Assembly (NCBI GenBank): GCA_965662845.1 | Contig: CBFIJD010000010.1 | Span: forward strand, 6,506 to 70,505 | Direction: 5' to 3' | Length of the DNA stretch: 64,000 nt | DNA from: an uncultured bacterium | GTDB lineage: Bacteria > SAR324 > NAC60-12 | Part shown: positions 60,510-64,000 of the stretch, in pieces | Layout: each line of letters begins with the position of its first letter | Numbering within the stretch: the first letter of the stretch is position 1 | The notes under the pieces: generated by a model | Databases searched by the model: none | What the model saw: the letters and a program-made list of their open reading frames with translations, nothing else | What the model was told of the DNA's origin: nothing | Made by a program: the position numbers and the translations under genes

Positions 60510-62120
60510 ATGCCACGTTCTGACAAACCGCCCACTTCATCCAGCTCGCTGCGACACACTCGCTGGCAACTTTCGGCGCTGCTGCTGATTTTTGCGCTGC
60601 CTTGGGCTGCGCTCATTGGCTTTGGCTTTCTCTGGCTCACAGAGCACGACTGGCTATGGACTGGGCTTGGGGTCTCGGCTGCGTGCACCTTACTGAGTGG
60701 GCTATGGTTCCGCCGTCTGCAACACCGTTGGAAACCGCGCAGCCTAGAGAAAATCTTTGCATCGCACTGGCCGCAGGAGGCCAAACCCGCGTGGGAGCGG
60801 GTGCAACAACAAGCGCGCGACGCTGCCGCAGAGGTCGATCTCCTCGAACATCCCGACCAGCTGCAACAACGACTTTTTGGGATGATCCAAGAGGTCGCGC
60901 AGCAATTTCACCATCAGTCTTCCCGTTCCCTGCTCGAGGTTCCGCTCCCCGCGCTCTTGCGCATCTTAGAGCAGGCAACCCAAGAGCTGCGGCGAGACTT
61001 AGAGCGCTATGTTCCTGCGGCACACCTGCTCACTTTGCATGATTTGGTGCGCTCCAAGCGGCTGTTCTCGCTTGGAAATGACGTCTATGCGCTCTATCGC
61101 GTGCTCTCTTTCAGCATGTCGCCACACACAGCTCTGTTACGAGAGGTACAAAGTTGGTTTTCAGGAGAGATCATGCGGGCATCGCAGGATGAGCTTCGGA
61201 GTTGGTTGCTGGAAGCCCTCTTCCAGCGGGTCGGTTTTTATGCCGTTGAGCTATATAGCGGGTCGGTGTTGTTGCGAGAAGAGCGGCTGCTGCAATATCA
61301 GTCGGCTCAAGCCAGCACGGAGATCCAACAACAGCAAGCTCGCACGGCTATGCTGGAGAGTGAACCGCTGCGAGTCTTAGTGCTCGGGCAAGTGAAGGCT
61401 GGGAAGTCGAGTTTGATCAACGCGTTGTTCGGAGAGTTGAAAGCTGCAACAGATGTTTTGCCTGTAGACCAACCCATCACGCCTTACTTGCTGGAGCGAG
61501 ACAACCTCCCCCAAGCCCTGATTTTGGACTCTGCCGGGTTGGCGCTGGATGCGCCGATCGCTTTGCACAAAGGACTGTGGGAAGCCGTGCAGCGCTCTGA
61601 CATTTTGATCTGGGTCTGTGCGGCCAATCAGGCTGCGCGTCAACCAGACCACGAGCTGTTGCGCTTAATCCGAGAGCGCTTTCAGCAGGCCAATACCGCG
61701 GCGCCAGTGCTCATTGTTGCTCTCAACAAAATTGATCAACTGCGTCCGGCGCGCGAATGGGAACCCCCTTACAACATCGAGCAGCCCACGCGGCCGAAAG
61801 AGCAGAACCTCCGCCAAGCTCTCCAAGTGGTCGCGGACGATCTGGCAGTTCCGCTCGAATGCGTAGTCCCAGTCTGTTTGGAATCGTCCCGCCTCTACAA
61901 TGTCCAAGAAGCCCTGATTCCTACAATTTTGGGCAACCTAGAGGAATCTCAGCGGCACAAATATCTACGTTGTTTGCAAGACTTTCGTGATCAACAAAGC
62001 TGGGAGCAGACGTGGGAGCAGGCGCGGCAGGCAGGACGCTTCGTGGCGGCGGGCAGTTTGCGGATGGTCCGGCGCGCTGCCCACACAGTCGCTACATGGG
62101 AGGAACGACTCAGTAAGTAA
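60510..62120 (+). CDS. Membrane-anchored P-loop GTPase (YfjP/MMR_HSR1-like)
   Basis: Two N-terminal TMs; G1 GQVKAGKSS, G3 DSAG, G4 NKID. Confidence 0.85.
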   Translation: MPRSDKPPTSSSSLRHTRWQLSALLLIFALPWAALIGFGFLWLTEHDWLWTGLGVSAACTLLSGLWFRRLQHRWKPRSLEKIFASHWPQEAKPAWERVQQQARDAAAEVDLLEHPDQLQQRLFGMIQEVAQQFHHQSSRSLLEVPLPALLRILEQATQELRRDLERYVPAAHLLTLHDLVRSKRLFSLGNDVYALYRVLSFSMSPHTALLREVQSWFSGEIMRASQDELRSWLLEALFQRVGFYAVELYSGSVLLREERLLQYQSAQASTEIQQQQARTAMLESEPLRVLVLGQVKAGKSSLINALFGELKAATDVLPVDQPITPYLLERDNLPQALILDSAGLALDAPIALHKGLWEAVQRSDILIWVCAANQAARQPDHELLRLIRERFQQANTAAPVLIVALNKIDQLRPAREWEPPYNIEQPTRPKEQNLRQALQVVADDLAVPLECVVPVCLESSRLYNVQEALIPTILGNLEESQRHKYLRCLQDFRDQQSWEQTWEQARQAGRFVAAGSLRMVRRAAHTVATWEERLSK

Positions 62121-62121
62121 A

Positions 62122-62307
62122 CTACAGATGCTCGCAGCCGCGATGCGAGCCGTCGCAGAACGGCTTGTTCTTCGACAAAGCACACCGGCAAAGCGCGACG
62201 CTGCCTTCTTTGACGTGCTCATTTCCCTCTGCATCAACCACGACCACTCGCCTCTCTTTGATCAAATAAGGTCCTTTCGGGGACATCTGAATCCTGATTT
62301 CTTCCAT
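62122..62307 (-). CDS. CDGSH iron-sulfur domain protein
   Basis: GPYLI...[18 protein letters not shown]. Confidence 0.93.
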   Translation of the reverse strand: MEEIRIQMSPKGPYLIKERRVVVVDAEGNEHVKEGSVALCRCALSKNKPFCDGSHRGCEHL

Positions 62308-62438
62308 CTCTGCTCTCGCTTCATGTTGGGGATTGGAGCGACCGAATCGTCACTCTTTCGATAGTTTGACGCAAAAGCCGCGAAACGTCACCCTCTCAAA
62401 AAATTCTTGCATTCTTAAAATGCTCATGACAGTCTCTC

Positions 62439-62493
62439 GTCTCCGGTAACAAAAGTTACCGGTAACGTGCTATCTTTCGTTACTGATAACGAA
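62439..62493. promoter_or_regulatory. Three palindromic boxes (consensus GTTACCGGTAAC), probable operator
   Basis: GTCTCCGGTAAC 62439, GTTACCGGTAAC 62455, GTTACTGATAAC 62479. Confidence 0.7.
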
Positions 62494-62542
62494 GCGTTTT
62501 TCCTAGATCATCTCAAACAAATCGCCCACTTAGGAAGTTGGT

Positions 62543-62851
62543 ATGGAATCCGAGAAGCAGAGCAAATCGAACGCAGAACGACAGCGAGACTATCGCGTCA
62601 AACTGCAAAAAAAAGGATTTGTTCGAGTGGAAATCAAATTGTCCAAAGACAGCAAGCGACTGATGAAAAAACTTTGCAAAGTCAGGGAGTTGGATCGGCA
62701 TCAGCTGATTCAGAGCCTGCTGGAACAGGCCGCAGCCACTGCCGATGCATCGCCTGATAGCGCGTTGCCTAAAGGAAAGAAGCTACCCGCTGGGTTGCAC
62801 GCTTCCGAAATTCCGCCACCGAACGCATCAACGGTCGCGGTGTTGTCCTGA
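62543..62851 (+). CDS. Small basic putative DNA-binding protein (RHH-like)
   Basis: SNAERQRDYR..L.KKGFVRVEIKL followed by two helices. Confidence 0.65.
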   Translation: MESEKQSKSNAERQRDYRVKLQKKGFVRVEIKLSKDSKRLMKKLCKVRELDRHQLIQSLLEQAAATADASPDSALPKGKKLPAGLHASEIPPPNASTVAVLS

Positions 62852-62908
62852 GGTTCGAGTCCTCAACCCCTGTTTTTCTCTCAACACGTAACCGAAACAA
62901 GGAGTCCC

Positions 62909-63331
62909 ATGATTTTAGAACACAAGCACCTGATCGTCCGCGCAGAAATCAACCACCCACCACAAAATCCCACCGCTATGGACGAGTGGATGAAACATTT
63001 GGTGGAAGATATTCAAATGAAAGTGCTTATGGGCCCTTATTCGGTCTACTCCCAAATGCCCGGCAACCAAGGGCTGACCAGTGTGACGATCATCGAGACC
63101 TCACACATTGCGGTCCACGTCTGGGACGAAGTATCCCCAGCCCTGATGCAAATGGATGTGTATTCTTGCTCCGACTTTGATCCGCAGATGATTTTCGATC
63201 GGCTCACGCATGATTTTGCTGCCGCTAAAATCGAATGGAAGTTCATTGACCGCGAACACGGCCTTGACGACATCAGCTTCTCCATTCCCCCGCTGGCTCC
63301 AGCGAATGAATACATGAACGCGATCGCTTAA
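62909..63331 (+). CDS. AdoMet decarboxylase-family proenzyme (divergent paralog)
   Basis: KHLIV, GLTSVTIIETSHIAVHVWDE, MDVYSC; AAGGAG RBS. Confidence 0.85.
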   Translation: MILEHKHLIVRAEINHPPQNPTAMDEWMKHLVEDIQMKVLMGPYSVYSQMPGNQGLTSVTIIETSHIAVHVWDEVSPALMQMDVYSCSDFDPQMIFDRLTHDFAAAKIEWKFIDREHGLDDISFSIPPLAPANEYMNAIA

Positions 63332-63366
63332 TTTCACCCCCATCTACCCAACTCAGGAGACCACTT

Positions 63367-63819
63367 ATGGAATACACCAACCCGGCTGTAAACTGGCCAC
63401 AATACGACAACGTCAATGAAATCGGCGTCGAACAAGATCACTTCATCGTGCGCGACGGCATCGTCTGCGCTGGCGCTCACCTGATTGTTGACTTGTGGGG
63501 TTCAACGCTGCTCGACGATCTCAACTTGATGGAAAATGCGCTGCGCAAAGCCGTTGAGGTGGCCCAAGCCACCCTGCTGCATATCCACTTGCACCATTTC
63601 ACACCGAACGGCGGGATCTCTGGCGTTGCCGTGCTCGCAGAGTCCCACATCAGCGTGCACACGTGGCCCGAGCGACATTTTGCAGCGTTCGACATTTTCA
63701 TGTGCGGGGACTCCCAGCCCGAGCTTGCTGTTGAAGTACTACGCTCTCACTTTCTCCCAGAATCCGTGCACGTGCACGAGTTCTTGCGCGGAAATACGGA
63801 GAAGTATGGAAACGTATAA
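63367..63819 (+). CDS. speD: S-adenosylmethionine decarboxylase proenzyme
   Basis: [40 protein letters not shown]. Confidence 0.96.
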   Translation: MEYTNPAVNWPQYDNVNEIGVEQDHFIVRDGIVCAGAHLIVDLWGSTLLDDLNLMENALRKAVEVAQATLLHIHLHHFTPNGGISGVAVLAESHISVHTWPERHFAAFDIFMCGDSQPELAVEVLRSHFLPESVHVHEFLRGNTEKYGNV

Positions 63820-64000
63820 AGAGACGCTTTACCCCGGCTACGAGCAGCATTTCGCGATGGATGAAGTGCTGTTTGAACAACGTACCGAGCATCAGCATCT
63901 TGTCATCTTTCGCAATGATCGCTTTGGGCGCGTCATGGCGCTCGATGGCGTCGTCCAAACCACAGAAGCCGACGAGTTCATTTATCATGAGATGCTCACG
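63806..64000 (+). CDS. speE: Spermidine synthase (5' part; runs off window end)
   Basis: Manual translation METYKETLY...TEHQHLVIF...[32 protein letters not shown]. Confidence 0.95.
   Translation, partial: METYKETLYPGYEQHFAMDEVLFEQRTEHQHLVIFRNDRFGRVMALDGVVQTTEADEFIYHEMLT

Noticed and set aside
62790..62875. Complete tRNA gene
   Set aside because: Only the T-arm fits; no convincing acceptor, D or anticodon arms, and it overlaps a CDS

Overview
Bacterial chromosomal window; gene content and codon style tentatively suggest a deltaproteobacterial/SAR324-like marine organism (not verified). Positions 1-12.8 kb hold a tandem array of at least 7 flagellin-family genes on the - strand, one of them strongly degenerate. 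The long spacers between them lack credible ORFs, are rich in base-pairing, and carry CsrA-like GGA hairpins before several start codons. The only clear sigma-28 promoters I found are two near-consensus copies at 14.54 and 14.62 kb, about 1.75 kb upstream of the first flagellin. The intervening DNA appears non-coding and highly structured, and its predicted 5' end pairs via an 18-bp perfect inverted repeat with a site 1.25 kb away. This candidate large RNA leader/ncRNA system is the most novel signal. The rest is mostly housekeeping: HNH nuclease, GspE, ispB, atypical trpC, orphan ParA+RHH cassette with an adjacent ~190-nt structured element, Hsp70-like, lysC-nth, guaB, rpmH-rnpA-yidD-yidC, dxs, zapB-like, argA, GT2-GT4 fusion, lepB, map, hflK, rsmA, yhbY, metG, partial nuo operon (ABCDHI), long ThyX, GTPase, CDGSH protein, and an RHH-speD-like-speD-speE polyamine operon. 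All structures were found by eye and need computational confirmation.
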